Source: an uncultured Chloroflexia bacterium
Lineage (GTDB): Bacteria; Chloroflexota; Limnocylindria; QHBO01
DNA: 64,000 nt
Direction: 5' to 3'
Assembly: GCA_963827475.1 (NCBI GenBank)
Contig: CAWHAZ010000005.1
Coordinates: forward strand, 768,001-832,000
The translations under genes and the position numbers were made by a program. The notes under the pieces were generated by a model that saw nothing but the letters and a program-made list of their open reading frames with translations, searched no databases and was not told where the DNA came from. The first letter of the stretch is position 1; the number at the start of each line of letters is the position of its first letter. Of the stretch, positions 46,053 to 55,070 are shown in pieces.

Positions 46053-47591
46053 ATGACCGATCAGCTGCCGTCCCGGGGCCACGCGGCCCTCGCCGGGGCG
46101 GTGGCCGGAGCGGCGGCCATCGGGGTGAACGAGCTGGTGGCAGGCGTCCTGCCCGGCGCGCCCTCGTTCGTGGTCGAGGTTGGGGCGGCGGTGATCGCCC
46201 TCCAGCCGCCCGGCGCCAAGCAGCTGATGGTCGACCTGTTCGGGACGAACGACAAGCTCGTCTTCAACCTGCTCATCGTGGCGGTAGCCATCGGCGGAGC
46301 GGCCGTTCTGGGGGTCATGGCTCGCCGTCGGTTCGGCCTGGCCGCTCTCGGCTTCGCCGGCGCGGGCGTGGCGGCGATGGCGGTATCGGTCCTCCTCGAT
46401 CCACTCGTGGATCCGCTCCTCGCCCTGCTGTCGGTCGTTCTCTCGGTTGGGGCGGGGTTGGGCGTCCTGGCCTGGCTCCTCCGTCTCGCAACGCCCCACG
46501 AACCGGTGGCGGAGATGCCGGACTTTTCGCGCCGCCGGTTCCTCGGCACATCGCTCGCGGTGGCCGGGGTCGCCGTCACCAGCGGCCTGATCGGCCGGGT
46601 GATCGGGGAGCAGGGTCGGGTGGCGGACCCGGTCGGCGCGCCGCCGCTGCCCGAGCCCGTAGACCCGCTGCCCGCTCTGGCGCCGGGTACCGACCTGGGC
46701 ATCTCGGGCCTGTCGCCGGTCGTCACGCCCAACGCCGAGTTCTACCGGATCGACACCTCGCTCCTGGTTCCGCGGGTGGACGCGGCGACGTGGGAGCTCA
46801 GCGTCAATGGGATGGTCGACCGGCCGCTGACCTTCACGTACGCAGACCTGCTGGCGCTGCCCCTCCACGAGCGCTACGTCACCATCGCCTGCGTGTCGAA
46901 CGAGGTCGGCGGGGACCTCGTCGGCAACGCCCTGTGGCGCGGCGCGCTCCTCCGCGACGTGCTGGACTCAGCCGGGGTACGGGAGGGAGCCACCCAGGTC
47001 GTGGGACGCTCGTTCGACGGGTGGACCTGCGGCTTCCCCACCGACTGGGTGATGACCGATGCGCGCGACGCGCTGATCGCGGTGGCGATGAACGACGAGC
47101 CGCTGCCCGCCGAGCACGGGTTCCCGGCCCGCCTCATCGTGCCCGGCCTGTTCGGGTACGTCAGCGCGACGAAGTGGCTGACGAACATCGAGCTCACCAC
47201 CTGGGAAGCGTTCGATGCGTACTGGGTCCCGCTCGGCTGGGCCAAGGAGGGGCCGATCCTGACCCAGTCGCGGATCGACGTTCCCCGGTCCGGTGACACG
47301 GTGGGCGGTGGAGAGGTGGCGGTGGCCGGCGTGGCCTGGGCACCCGACCGCGGGATCAGCGCGGTCGAGGTCCGGGTGGACGACGGTCCATGGCAGCCGG
47401 CGGAGCTCTCCACCCCGATCAACGACGCCACCTGGGTCCAGTGGCGCTTCCCCTGGTCCGCCACGCCCGGCGGACATGAGCTGCGCGTCCGCGCGACGGA
47501 CGGTGAGGGCACGCTCCAGGAGGAGCGCGCGACACGGCCGGCGCCCGACGGGGCGCGCGGCCACCACACGATCTCGGTCACGGTCGGGTAG
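46053..47591 (+). CDS. Membrane-bound sulfite oxidase-like molybdopterin oxidoreductase
   Basis: N-terminal TMs (FGTNDK), SRRRFL, TPN..FY, CVSN..GG, HGFPAR, KWL, dimerisation domain. Confidence 0.92.
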   Translation: MTDQLPSRGHAALAGAVAGAAAIGVNELVAGVLPGAPSFVVEVGAAVIALQPPGAKQLMVDLFGTNDKLVFNLLIVAVAIGGAAVLGVMARRRFGLAALGFAGAGVAAMAVSVLLDPLVDPLLALLSVVLSVGAGLGVLAWLLRLATPHEPVAEMPDFSRRRFLGTSLAVAGVAVTSGLIGRVIGEQGRVADPVGAPPLPEPVDPLPALAPGTDLGISGLSPVVTPNAEFYRIDTSLLVPRVDAATWELSVNGMVDRPLTFTYADLLALPLHERYVTIACVSNEVGGDLVGNALWRGALLRDVLDSAGVREGATQVVGRSFDGWTCGFPTDWVMTDARDALIAVAMNDEPLPAEHGFPARLIVPGLFGYVSATKWLTNIELTTWEAFDAYWVPLGWAKEGPILTQSRIDVPRSGDTVGGGEVAVAGVAWAPDRGISAVEVRVDDGPWQPAELSTPINDATWVQWRFPWSATPGGHELRVRATDGEGTLQEERATRPAPDGARGHHTISVTVG

Positions 47592-47606
47592 GTCACAATC
47601 GGCCGC

Positions 47607-48530
47607 GTGGCGAACGCGGTCGCACCCGTCCTCGTCCTGAACCCGATCGCCGGCGACGGCGCCGGTGGCCGCCTCCTGCCGCGGCTGGAGGAGCAGCTCG
47701 GCCGCCGCAACGCGGAGCTGCGGGTCTCGACCCGTCGTGGCCACGCCGAGGAGCTGGCCGCGGAGGCCATCCGGGACGGTGCCGACCGGGTGGTGGCGGT
47801 CGGGGGCGACGGCACGATGCAGGAGGTCGTGAACGGCATCATCAGTGCCGGTGGCGGGACGCTGGGCGTGGTCCCGGTCGGGCGCGGCAATGACCTCGCC
47901 CGCAGCCTGGAGATCCCGATCGAGCCCCTGGTCGCGCTCGACATCGCGCTGGGACCGGCCACCCGTCCCATGGATGTGGGTCGCGCCATCCGCGATGCCC
48001 GCCTGCGCCACTTCGTGGCGGCCGGCGGGGTCGGGTTCGACGCCCAGGTGTCGTGGACGATGTCGAACCCGCGCCCGTGGTGGAAGAACGGACGGGCCGG
48101 GTACTTCGCGGGGACGATCGATGAGCTGCGCCGCTTCCACAACCAGCGCCTGCGGATCACGTTCGACCTCGACAGCGGCCGCGAAGTCGTGGACCACACG
48201 TCTCTGATGGTCGCCTTCGCCAACGGCCCGTACTACGGTGGCGGCATGAAGATCTGCCCCGACGCCAGCCTGAGCGACGGCCAGCTCGACGTGTGCGTGG
48301 TCGGCGACCTGTCGCGATTCGAGGCCCTGCGCGAGCTGCCGGGACTCTACGAGGCGAAGCACGTCAGCAACCCGAAGGTCCGCTTCTATCGGAGCCGCTG
48401 GATCCTGATCGAGGGCGACGAGCCGACGCGCGTCCACCTCGACGGGGAGCCGTGGGGAACGCTCCCGATCCGGGTCGAAGCCCTGCCCGCGGCCTTGGAC
48501 GTGGCTGTCCCGCCGGTGGCAGAGGCATGA
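47607..48530 (+). CDS. Diacylglycerol/lipid kinase family protein
   Basis: NPIAG, GGDGT, P.GRGNDLA, N.PYYGGG, DGE. Confidence 0.92.
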   Translation: MANAVAPVLVLNPIAGDGAGGRLLPRLEEQLGRRNAELRVSTRRGHAEELAAEAIRDGADRVVAVGGDGTMQEVVNGIISAGGGTLGVVPVGRGNDLARSLEIPIEPLVALDIALGPATRPMDVGRAIRDARLRHFVAAGGVGFDAQVSWTMSNPRPWWKNGRAGYFAGTIDELRRFHNQRLRITFDLDSGREVVDHTSLMVAFANGPYYGGGMKICPDASLSDGQLDVCVVGDLSRFEALRELPGLYEAKHVSNPKVRFYRSRWILIEGDEPTRVHLDGEPWGTLPIRVEALPAALDVAVPPVAEA

Positions 48531-48799
48531 CGGACGAGACCACGACCCCAACGGGATCGGCCGAGCCTGGCCCGGGCTGGGAGGTCTGCGACGCCGGGAA
48601 CCGGCGCATCGGTCAGGTCGATGCGGTCTTCGCCGACTACCTGCTCGTCCGGACCCGCGGGCTGTTGCCGGTCGATCTCTACATCCCGCGGACCGCGGTC
48701 ACCGTCGCCGGGCCGGAGACCGTGGCGGTCACGGCTGCCGATGCCGACGAGGCCTACGATGCGTGGCACCGACCGCTGAAGGCAGCACCGCACGACTGA
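48527..48799 (+). CDS. Small PRC-barrel/DUF2171-like protein
   Basis: GWEV.D....IG.V, V..GL...DLYIP; ATGA overlap. Confidence 0.7.
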   Translation: MTDETTTPTGSAEPGPGWEVCDAGNRRIGQVDAVFADYLLVRTRGLLPVDLYIPRTAVTVAGPETVAVTAADADEAYDAWHRPLKAAPHD

Positions 48800-48823
48800 G
48801 CGGATGAGGAAAGGGGCAGACCG

Positions 48824-49192
48824 ATGAGCTTGAGCCCGGAGCATCTCGAGCTGCTGCGGACGACCAAGGAGGTTCGCATCGAGACGCGACGGGCGCCCGA
48901 TGCGCCCGTCCATCGGACCATCATCTGGGTCGTGGTCGATGGGGACCGGGCCTTTGTTCGGACCTACCGCGGAGCGGGTTCCCGCTGGTATCGCGAAGCG
49001 CTCGCCCAGCCGGACTGCACGCTGTGGCTGGGGAAGGTCGGCCTGCCGGTGCGGGTGGTCGTGGCCACCGAACCAGACGTCGTGGCCGCCGTCAGTCGCG
49101 GCTTCGAGGCGAAGTACCCGCGCTCGCAATCGACAGCCGCCATGGTCCGCGAGGAGGTTCTCGAGACCACGCTCGAACTGCTGCCCCGCTGA
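48824..49192 (+). CDS. DUF2255-like split-barrel protein
   Basis: TIIWVVVDG...FVR..G..SRWYR, KY. Confidence 0.75.
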   Translation: MSLSPEHLELLRTTKEVRIETRRAPDAPVHRTIIWVVVDGDRAFVRTYRGAGSRWYREALAQPDCTLWLGKVGLPVRVVVATEPDVVAAVSRGFEAKYPRSQSTAAMVREEVLETTLELLPR

Positions 49193-49212
49193 GCGTGCGG
49201 TACCCTGTGAGC

Positions 49213-50121
49213 GTGAACGACACGGCGCGGGCGGAGGCCTTCTTCGCGCACGTCGGCAGCGGTGGGAAGGTCGAGGCCGACGACTGGATGCCGGACGAGT
49301 ACCGGGCCGCCATCCTGAAGTTCGTCGAGATGCACGCCAACAGCGAGCTCATGGGCGTGCTGCCCGAGCGCGACTGGATCCTCCGTGCTCCCACCCTCCG
49401 CCGGAAGCTGGCCCTGACCTCGAAGATCCAGGACGAGGTCGGCCACGCCCAGCTCCTGTACCGCGTGGCGGAGGACCTGGGCAAGCCCCGCGAGCAGATG
49501 CTCGCCGACCTGCTGGCCGGCAAGACGAAGTTCCACAACGTCTTCCATTACCCGACCCGCTCGTGGGGCGACGTCGGGATCATCGCCTGGCTGGTGGACG
49601 CGGCCGCGATCGTGTCCCAGCAGGCGCTTCGCGACTCGTCGTACGCCCCGTACGGGCGGACGATGAAGAAGATCTGCTGGGAGGAATCGGTCCACATCAT
49701 GCACGGCCGGGACGTGGTCCTGACCCTGATGACCGGGACCGAGGGTCAGCGCGCGATGGTCCAGGAGGCGCTGGACCGATGGTGGGGCCCGCTCATGCAG
49801 ATGCACGGCCCGCCCACCGACCCGGCCAAGGACAAGGACCTCCATTGGGGTATCAAGTCCAAAGGCAACGAGCAGCTGCGCCAGGAGTTCCTGTCGATCT
49901 ACGTCCCGCGCATCTGGGAGCTTGGGCTGACCGTCCCGGACCCTGCCCTGCGACTCGAAGAGGCCACGGGTCGCTGGCACTACACCGAGCCGGACTGGGA
50001 CGAGCTCCGCTCGGTCGTGACCGGGCACGGACCGGCATCGGTCGAACGGCTCGAGTTCCGCCGCCTCCACACGGCCGAGACGCAGTGGGTGCGCGACGCG
50101 GTCCTGGGGGTCGCGGCCTGA
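49213..50121 (+). CDS. paaA: Phenylacetyl-CoA epoxidase subunit A
   Basis: DWMPDEYR, HANSE.MG, RAPTLRRK, QDEVGH, ICWEESVH. Confidence 0.94.
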   Translation: MNDTARAEAFFAHVGSGGKVEADDWMPDEYRAAILKFVEMHANSELMGVLPERDWILRAPTLRRKLALTSKIQDEVGHAQLLYRVAEDLGKPREQMLADLLAGKTKFHNVFHYPTRSWGDVGIIAWLVDAAAIVSQQALRDSSYAPYGRTMKKICWEESVHIMHGRDVVLTLMTGTEGQRAMVQEALDRWWGPLMQMHGPPTDPAKDKDLHWGIKSKGNEQLRQEFLSIYVPRIWELGLTVPDPALRLEEATGRWHYTEPDWDELRSVVTGHGPASVERLEFRRLHTAETQWVRDAVLGVAA

Positions 50122-50132
50122 GCTCGGACGCC

Positions 50133-50468
50133 GTGGCCGACCGGGTGTGGGAAGTGTTCCAGCAGGCCGCGGAGGGTGATCCGATGGTCCACGGCGGGAG
50201 CGTCCGCGCGCCGGACGAGGAGCTGGCCCTCCACTACGCCCGCGAGTTCTACGGACGCCGCCAGGAGAGCGTGCGGCTGTGGGTCGTTCCGCGTGACGCG
50301 ATCCTCGAGCTCGACGACCCCGACCTCCTCCAGCCGCCCTTCGACCGCTCGCACAAGCGGCCCGGCGGCTACGTCATCAAGCACAAGCTGGAGGCCGCTC
50401 GCCAGCGTGCCGGGTCGGCGTCGGGAGACGGGTCCGCCGAGGCCGAGGACGTTGAGGTCGACTCGTGA
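50133..50468 (+). CDS. paaB: Phenylacetyl-CoA epoxidase subunit B
   Basis: WEVF, H.GSV.APD.ELAL..A...Y.RR, LWVV. Confidence 0.88.
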   Translation: MADRVWEVFQQAAEGDPMVHGGSVRAPDEELALHYAREFYGRRQESVRLWVVPRDAILELDDPDLLQPPFDRSHKRPGGYVIKHKLEAARQRAGSASGDGSAEAEDVEVDS

Positions 50469-51235
50469 CCGATCTCGATCCGGCCACCCGCGACGCGACG
50501 GCCGAGCTGCTGCTCACGCTGGCCGACGACGAGTTCGTCCTGGGGTTCTGGGACTCGGAGTGGACCGGCATCGCGCCCATGCTCGAGGAGGACGTGGCCA
50601 CGTCCTCCATCGCCCAGGACGAGATCGGCCACGCCCGAGCCTGGTACGAGCTTTTGGCCGAGCTGACCGATGACGACGCCGACCACATCGCCTTCGGTCG
50701 CGCGCCGGAGGCCTACCGGCACGCCGCGCTGATGAACCATCCACGGACCGACTGGGCGTTCACCGTCGCTCGCCGCTTCCTGTACGAGACCGCCGACGCG
50801 GTGAGACTCGAGGCCCTGGCCGGGTCGAGCCACGCGGGCATTGCCGGCCTCGCGACGAAGATGCGGCGGGAGGAGACCTACCACCTGCTGCACTGGTCGG
50901 CGTGGATGCGGCGCCTCGCGGAGGGCGGAGCGGACACGCGCAACCGACTGACCGATGCGCTGACGCGGCTGTGGCCCGACGCCGAATCGGTCTTCAGTCC
51001 GCTCAGCGGCGAAGCTGCCCTCCTGGCGGCTGGAATCCTGTCCGAGAGCCTCGCCACACTTCAGGGGCGGTGGATCGAGCGGGTCGACGCGGAGCTGGCA
51101 AGCCTTGGAATGGCCCGGCCCGCGGTCATGGGCGATCCGCCACGGGACGGCCGAACGGCCCGGACCGATGACTTTCGCTGGCTGTGGGGCGAGTTCACCT
51201 CCGTCGCCCGCAGCGAGCCGGGTGCGACATGGTGA
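50465..51235 (+). CDS. paaC: Phenylacetyl-CoA epoxidase subunit C
   Basis: LADD..LG...SEW...AP.LEED.A, DEIGHAR, EE.YH, C-terminal PGATW. Confidence 0.93.
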   Translation: MTDLDPATRDATAELLLTLADDEFVLGFWDSEWTGIAPMLEEDVATSSIAQDEIGHARAWYELLAELTDDDADHIAFGRAPEAYRHAALMNHPRTDWAFTVARRFLYETADAVRLEALAGSSHAGIAGLATKMRREETYHLLHWSAWMRRLAEGGADTRNRLTDALTRLWPDAESVFSPLSGEAALLAAGILSESLATLQGRWIERVDAELASLGMARPAVMGDPPRDGRTARTDDFRWLWGEFTSVARSEPGATW

Positions 51236-51750
51236 TCGAGCAGCCTGCCATCGTGGATCCGGAGGCGACCATCTGGGCGGCGCTGGCGGAGGTGCCCGAC
51301 CCGGAGATCCCGACCATCAGCGTGGTCGATCTCGGCGTCATCGGATCGGTTGAGCTGGCGGAGGATCGGTCGACCCTGCGGGTGGAGCTGATGCCGACCT
51401 TCATCGGCTGCCCGGCCACCGAGGTCATGCGCCACGAGATCGGGGAGCGGCTCCGAGCCCTGGACCTCGCGGCCGAGGTCGTGGTCGAGCTGACCTTCGC
51501 CCAGCCCTGGACCTCGGACCGGATCTCCGCCGCCGGGAGAGAGCAGCTGCGGTCCAGCGGATTCGCCCCGCCGCCGCATCTCCGTGAGCTGACCACCCTT
51601 GGGGAGCTGCCGACCCTCACCGTGGTGCCCTGCCCGTACTGCGGGTCGCGGCAGACGACCCTCGAGAATCCGTTCGGTCCGACCCTGTGCCGAGCGATCT
51701 ACCACTGCGCGGGCTGTCGCCAGCCGTTCGAGGCCTTCAAGCCGGTCTGA
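51229..51750 (+). CDS. paaD: Phenylacetyl-CoA epoxidase subunit D
   Basis: VPDPEIP.ISVVDLG, PTF.GCPA, WTSD, CPYCGS, FG.T.C, C.QPFE.FK. Confidence 0.93.
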   Translation: MVIEQPAIVDPEATIWAALAEVPDPEIPTISVVDLGVIGSVELAEDRSTLRVELMPTFIGCPATEVMRHEIGERLRALDLAAEVVVELTFAQPWTSDRISAAGREQLRSSGFAPPPHLRELTTLGELPTLTVVPCPYCGSRQTTLENPFGPTLCRAIYHCAGCRQPFEAFKPV

Positions 51751-51814
51751 GGATCAGCCTCTGCGGCGTGGTCGTTGCGCTACGCTTGCCGCCCGAATTC
51801 ACGAGGAACCGAGC

Positions 51815-53611
51815 GTGGCGCTGGACGGCGAAGAGGTTCGATCGGCGGCAGTGGAGCTGCTCGACGCGGGCGCCCAGGAGCCGCTCGACGCGATGCGGCA
51901 CTCGGCCGCGCACGTCATGGCCGCGGCCGTCCTGGAGCTGTTCCCGGAAGCCCGGCTGGGCATAGGTCCGGCCATCCGCGACGGCTTCTACTACGACTTC
52001 GATCTGCCCCGGCCCCTGACGCCCGCCGATCTCGAGTCGGTCGAGGAGCGCATGCGGGCCCAGGTGGCCGCCGACCACCCCTTCGAGCGCTACGAGCAGG
52101 ACCGTGACGCGGCCCTCGCCGACCTGGAGGCCGCCGGACAGGCGCTGAAGGTCGAGATCGTGCGCGACCTGCCGGCAGACGACGCCACCGTGATCTCGTT
52201 CTACCGCCACGGGTCCTTCACCGACCTGTGCCGCGGGCCGCACGTGGCGTCGACCGGCAAGCTCGGCCCGTTCAAGCTGCTGAACACCGCCGGCGCCTAC
52301 TGGCGCGGCGACGAGACCCGACCGATGCTCCAGCGTATCTACGGCACGGTGTGGGAGACCCAGGCCGACCTCGACCAGCACTTGTGGCGGCTGGAGGAGG
52401 CGAAGAAACGGGACCATCGGAAGCTTGGCCGCGACCTTGACCTGTTCAGCTTCCACCCCGAGTCGCCCGCTGCTCCGTTCTGGCATCCCAAGGGCATGGT
52501 CCTGTGGCGCGCGCTCGAACGCTGGTCGTGGGAGGTCCGGCAGGACGGCGGCTTCGACGAGGTGCGGACTCCGGCCGTCGTTCGCAGAGAGCTGTGGGAA
52601 ACCTCCGGCCACTGGGACCTGTACCAGGACAACATGTTCGTGCTCGACGACTCGGACCACCAGTCGGGCCTGAAGCCGATGAACTGCCCCGAGTCGATGC
52701 TGATCTACAAGACTCAGCTCCGCTCGTACCGCGACCTGCCCATGCGCCTGGCCGACTACTCGTGGCTGTTCCGCCGCGAGCGGACCGGCGCCCTGGCCGG
52801 CATGTTCCGCGTCCGCCAGCTGACCCAGGACGACTCCCACGTCCTGTGTCGCGACGACCAGGTCATCGACGAGGTCAACCTGGCGCTGACCCTCGTGCGG
52901 CGCCAGTACGCGCCGTTCGGTTTCGCGCCGCGGTTCAAGCTCGCCACCCGGCCGGCGAAGAAGCTCGGCACCGACGAGTTCTGGGACATGGCCGAGGGCA
53001 AGCTGGCCGAGGCGCTCAAGGCGGCCGACACGCCGTACGAGATCGACGCCGGGGGCGGGGCGTTCTACGCGCCGAAGATCGACGTCTTCCTCGACGATGC
53101 GCTCGGCCGGGAGTGGCAGATGGCAACCATCCAGGCCGACTACCAGCTGCCGCAGCGGTTCGACCTCGAGTACCGGACGGCCGAAGGCGGGTTCGAACGG
53201 CCGGTGGTCATCCACTACGCGATCTACGGCTCGTTCGAGCGCTGGATCGGGGTCATCACCGAGCACTTCGCCGGGGCATTCCCGGCCTGGCTGGCGCCGG
53301 TCCAGGCCGTCGTCATCCCGATCGCGGATCGCCACCTCGAATACGCGGAGGAGGTTCGCGGGGCCTTGCGAGCGGCCGGGGTGCGGGCGGAGGTTGACGA
53401 CCGTTCGGAGCGGATGCAGGCCAAGGTCCGCGACGCCCAGGGCCAGCAGGTGCCCGTCATGCTGGTGGTCGGGGACCGCGATGCCGAGGCTCGCGCGGTC
53501 AGTCCGCGGCTGCGAACCGGGGAGCAGTCCCAGGGCGTGCCGCTCGACGAGTTCGTGACCGAGCTCGCCGGCCGCGTCCAGCGCCGGGAGCTGTGGCCGC
53601 AGGCCGAATGA
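51815..53611 (+). CDS. thrS: Threonine--tRNA ligase (no N-terminal TGS domain)
   Basis: RHSAAHVMA, DLCRGPHV, RDHRKLG, KPMNCP, AFYAPKID, WLAPVQ. Confidence 0.97.
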   Translation: MALDGEEVRSAAVELLDAGAQEPLDAMRHSAAHVMAAAVLELFPEARLGIGPAIRDGFYYDFDLPRPLTPADLESVEERMRAQVAADHPFERYEQDRDAALADLEAAGQALKVEIVRDLPADDATVISFYRHGSFTDLCRGPHVASTGKLGPFKLLNTAGAYWRGDETRPMLQRIYGTVWETQADLDQHLWRLEEAKKRDHRKLGRDLDLFSFHPESPAAPFWHPKGMVLWRALERWSWEVRQDGGFDEVRTPAVVRRELWETSGHWDLYQDNMFVLDDSDHQSGLKPMNCPESMLIYKTQLRSYRDLPMRLADYSWLFRRERTGALAGMFRVRQLTQDDSHVLCRDDQVIDEVNLALTLVRRQYAPFGFAPRFKLATRPAKKLGTDEFWDMAEGKLAEALKAADTPYEIDAGGGAFYAPKIDVFLDDALGREWQMATIQADYQLPQRFDLEYRTAEGGFERPVVIHYAIYGSFERWIGVITEHFAGAFPAWLAPVQAVVIPIADRHLEYAEEVRGALRAAGVRAEVDDRSERMQAKVRDAQGQQVPVMLVVGDRDAEARAVSPRLRTGEQSQGVPLDEFVTELAGRVQRRELWPQAE

Positions 53612-55068
53612 GCACGAGGCCCGACGAGGTCCCGCCGAACACCACCCCGGTCGAGCCGGAGGTCCTCAGCACTCCCGACGAGGGACTGCACGCCGGCGCC
53701 CACGCTCGCAAGGACGTCGTCGTCATCGGCGCCGGGCTCGCCGGGCTTGTCGCTGCCTTCGAGCTGAAGCGGGAGGGTCACCACGTCACCGTGCTGGAGG
53801 CCCAGAACCGGGTCGGCGGCCGGATCTATACCCTCCGGGCCCCGTTCGCCCCGGGCCTGTACGCGGAAGCGGGCGGCATGCGAATCCCGCGTGCACACGA
53901 CCTGACCCTGCGCTACTGCGAGCTGTTCGACCTCCCCCTGCGCCCGTTCGTGATGGGCAACCCCCGGGGGCTCGTCCATGTCGGCGGGCAGCGGATGACC
54001 CGCGAGGAGGTGGACCGCGAGCCGGAGCGGCTCCCATACCAGCTCGAGTCCCACGAGCGCGGCCGCACCGCGGATGAGCTGTGGGAGTCGGCGATCGGCG
54101 ACCTGCGAGTGATGGTCGAGCAGGACCGCGATACGGCCTGGGCGCACATCGTTCGGGAGTACGACCAGTACTCCCTCTACGAGTTCCTCCGCTTCAAGGG
54201 CTGGTCGCGGGGCGCGATCGAGTACTTCACCGTCCTGAACTTCCTCGAGTCGGACATGCACAACTCGCTGGTGGAAGTCCTCCGCGAGGACCTCGGCGGG
54301 GCCTACGTCGACATGCAGGAGATCGCCGGGGGGATGGATCGGCTCCCGAACGCGTTCTACGGCCAGCTCGAGGACGAGGTTCGCTTCGGCGCCAACGTGT
54401 TCGCCCTCGACCAGGACGGTGAGGGCGTGACCGCGCACGTCAAGACCGAGTCGGGCCGCTCCAGCATCCGCGCGGACTACGGGATCATCACCGTCCCGTT
54501 CTCCGTGCTGCGCACGATCGAGGCGGTCACCCCCTTCTCGGCTGGCAAGCAGCGGGCCATCCGCCAGCTGAACTACCACGCCTCGACCAAGATCCTGTTC
54601 CAGGTCCACCATCGGTTCTGGGAGGACGAGGACGGGATCACGGGCGGCGGCACCGTCACCGAGCTGCCGATTCGCCGCCTGAACTACCCGACGCCCGATC
54701 TCGACACCACCCGCGGCGTGCTCCTGGCGAGCTACACCTGGGGGCAGGACGCGCTCCAGTGGGGGGCGATGGACGAGGAGACTCGCCTCGAGGAGGCGCT
54801 CGAGGACGTGGCCCGCATTCACCCCCGGATCCGGGAGGAGTACGAGGGCGGCACCTCGCACGCGTGGTACTCAGACCGATGGGCGCGGGGCGCCTTCGCG
54901 ATGTTCGCCCCCGAGCAGCAGACCGATCTGCAGGCCGACATCGTCCGGCCCGAGGGTCGGTTCTTCTTCGCCGGCGAGCACTGCTCGCTGTATCACGCCT
55001 GGATCCAGGGTGCCCTCGAGTCCGGCATCCGCGCCGCCCGCGAGATCCACGAGGCGCCCGGCGGCTGA
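53608..55068 (+). CDS. Flavin monoamine / L-amino acid oxidase family protein
   Basis: VIGAGLAGL, EA..RVGGRI, EAGGMRIP, FAGEH, WIQGALESG. Confidence 0.92.
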   Translation: MSTRPDEVPPNTTPVEPEVLSTPDEGLHAGAHARKDVVVIGAGLAGLVAAFELKREGHHVTVLEAQNRVGGRIYTLRAPFAPGLYAEAGGMRIPRAHDLTLRYCELFDLPLRPFVMGNPRGLVHVGGQRMTREEVDREPERLPYQLESHERGRTADELWESAIGDLRVMVEQDRDTAWAHIVREYDQYSLYEFLRFKGWSRGAIEYFTVLNFLESDMHNSLVEVLREDLGGAYVDMQEIAGGMDRLPNAFYGQLEDEVRFGANVFALDQDGEGVTAHVKTESGRSSIRADYGIITVPFSVLRTIEAVTPFSAGKQRAIRQLNYHASTKILFQVHHRFWEDEDGITGGGTVTELPIRRLNYPTPDLDTTRGVLLASYTWGQDALQWGAMDEETRLEEALEDVARIHPRIREEYEGGTSHAWYSDRWARGAFAMFAPEQQTDLQADIVRPEGRFFFAGEHCSLYHAWIQGALESGIRAAREIHEAPGG

Positions 55069-55070
55069 CC

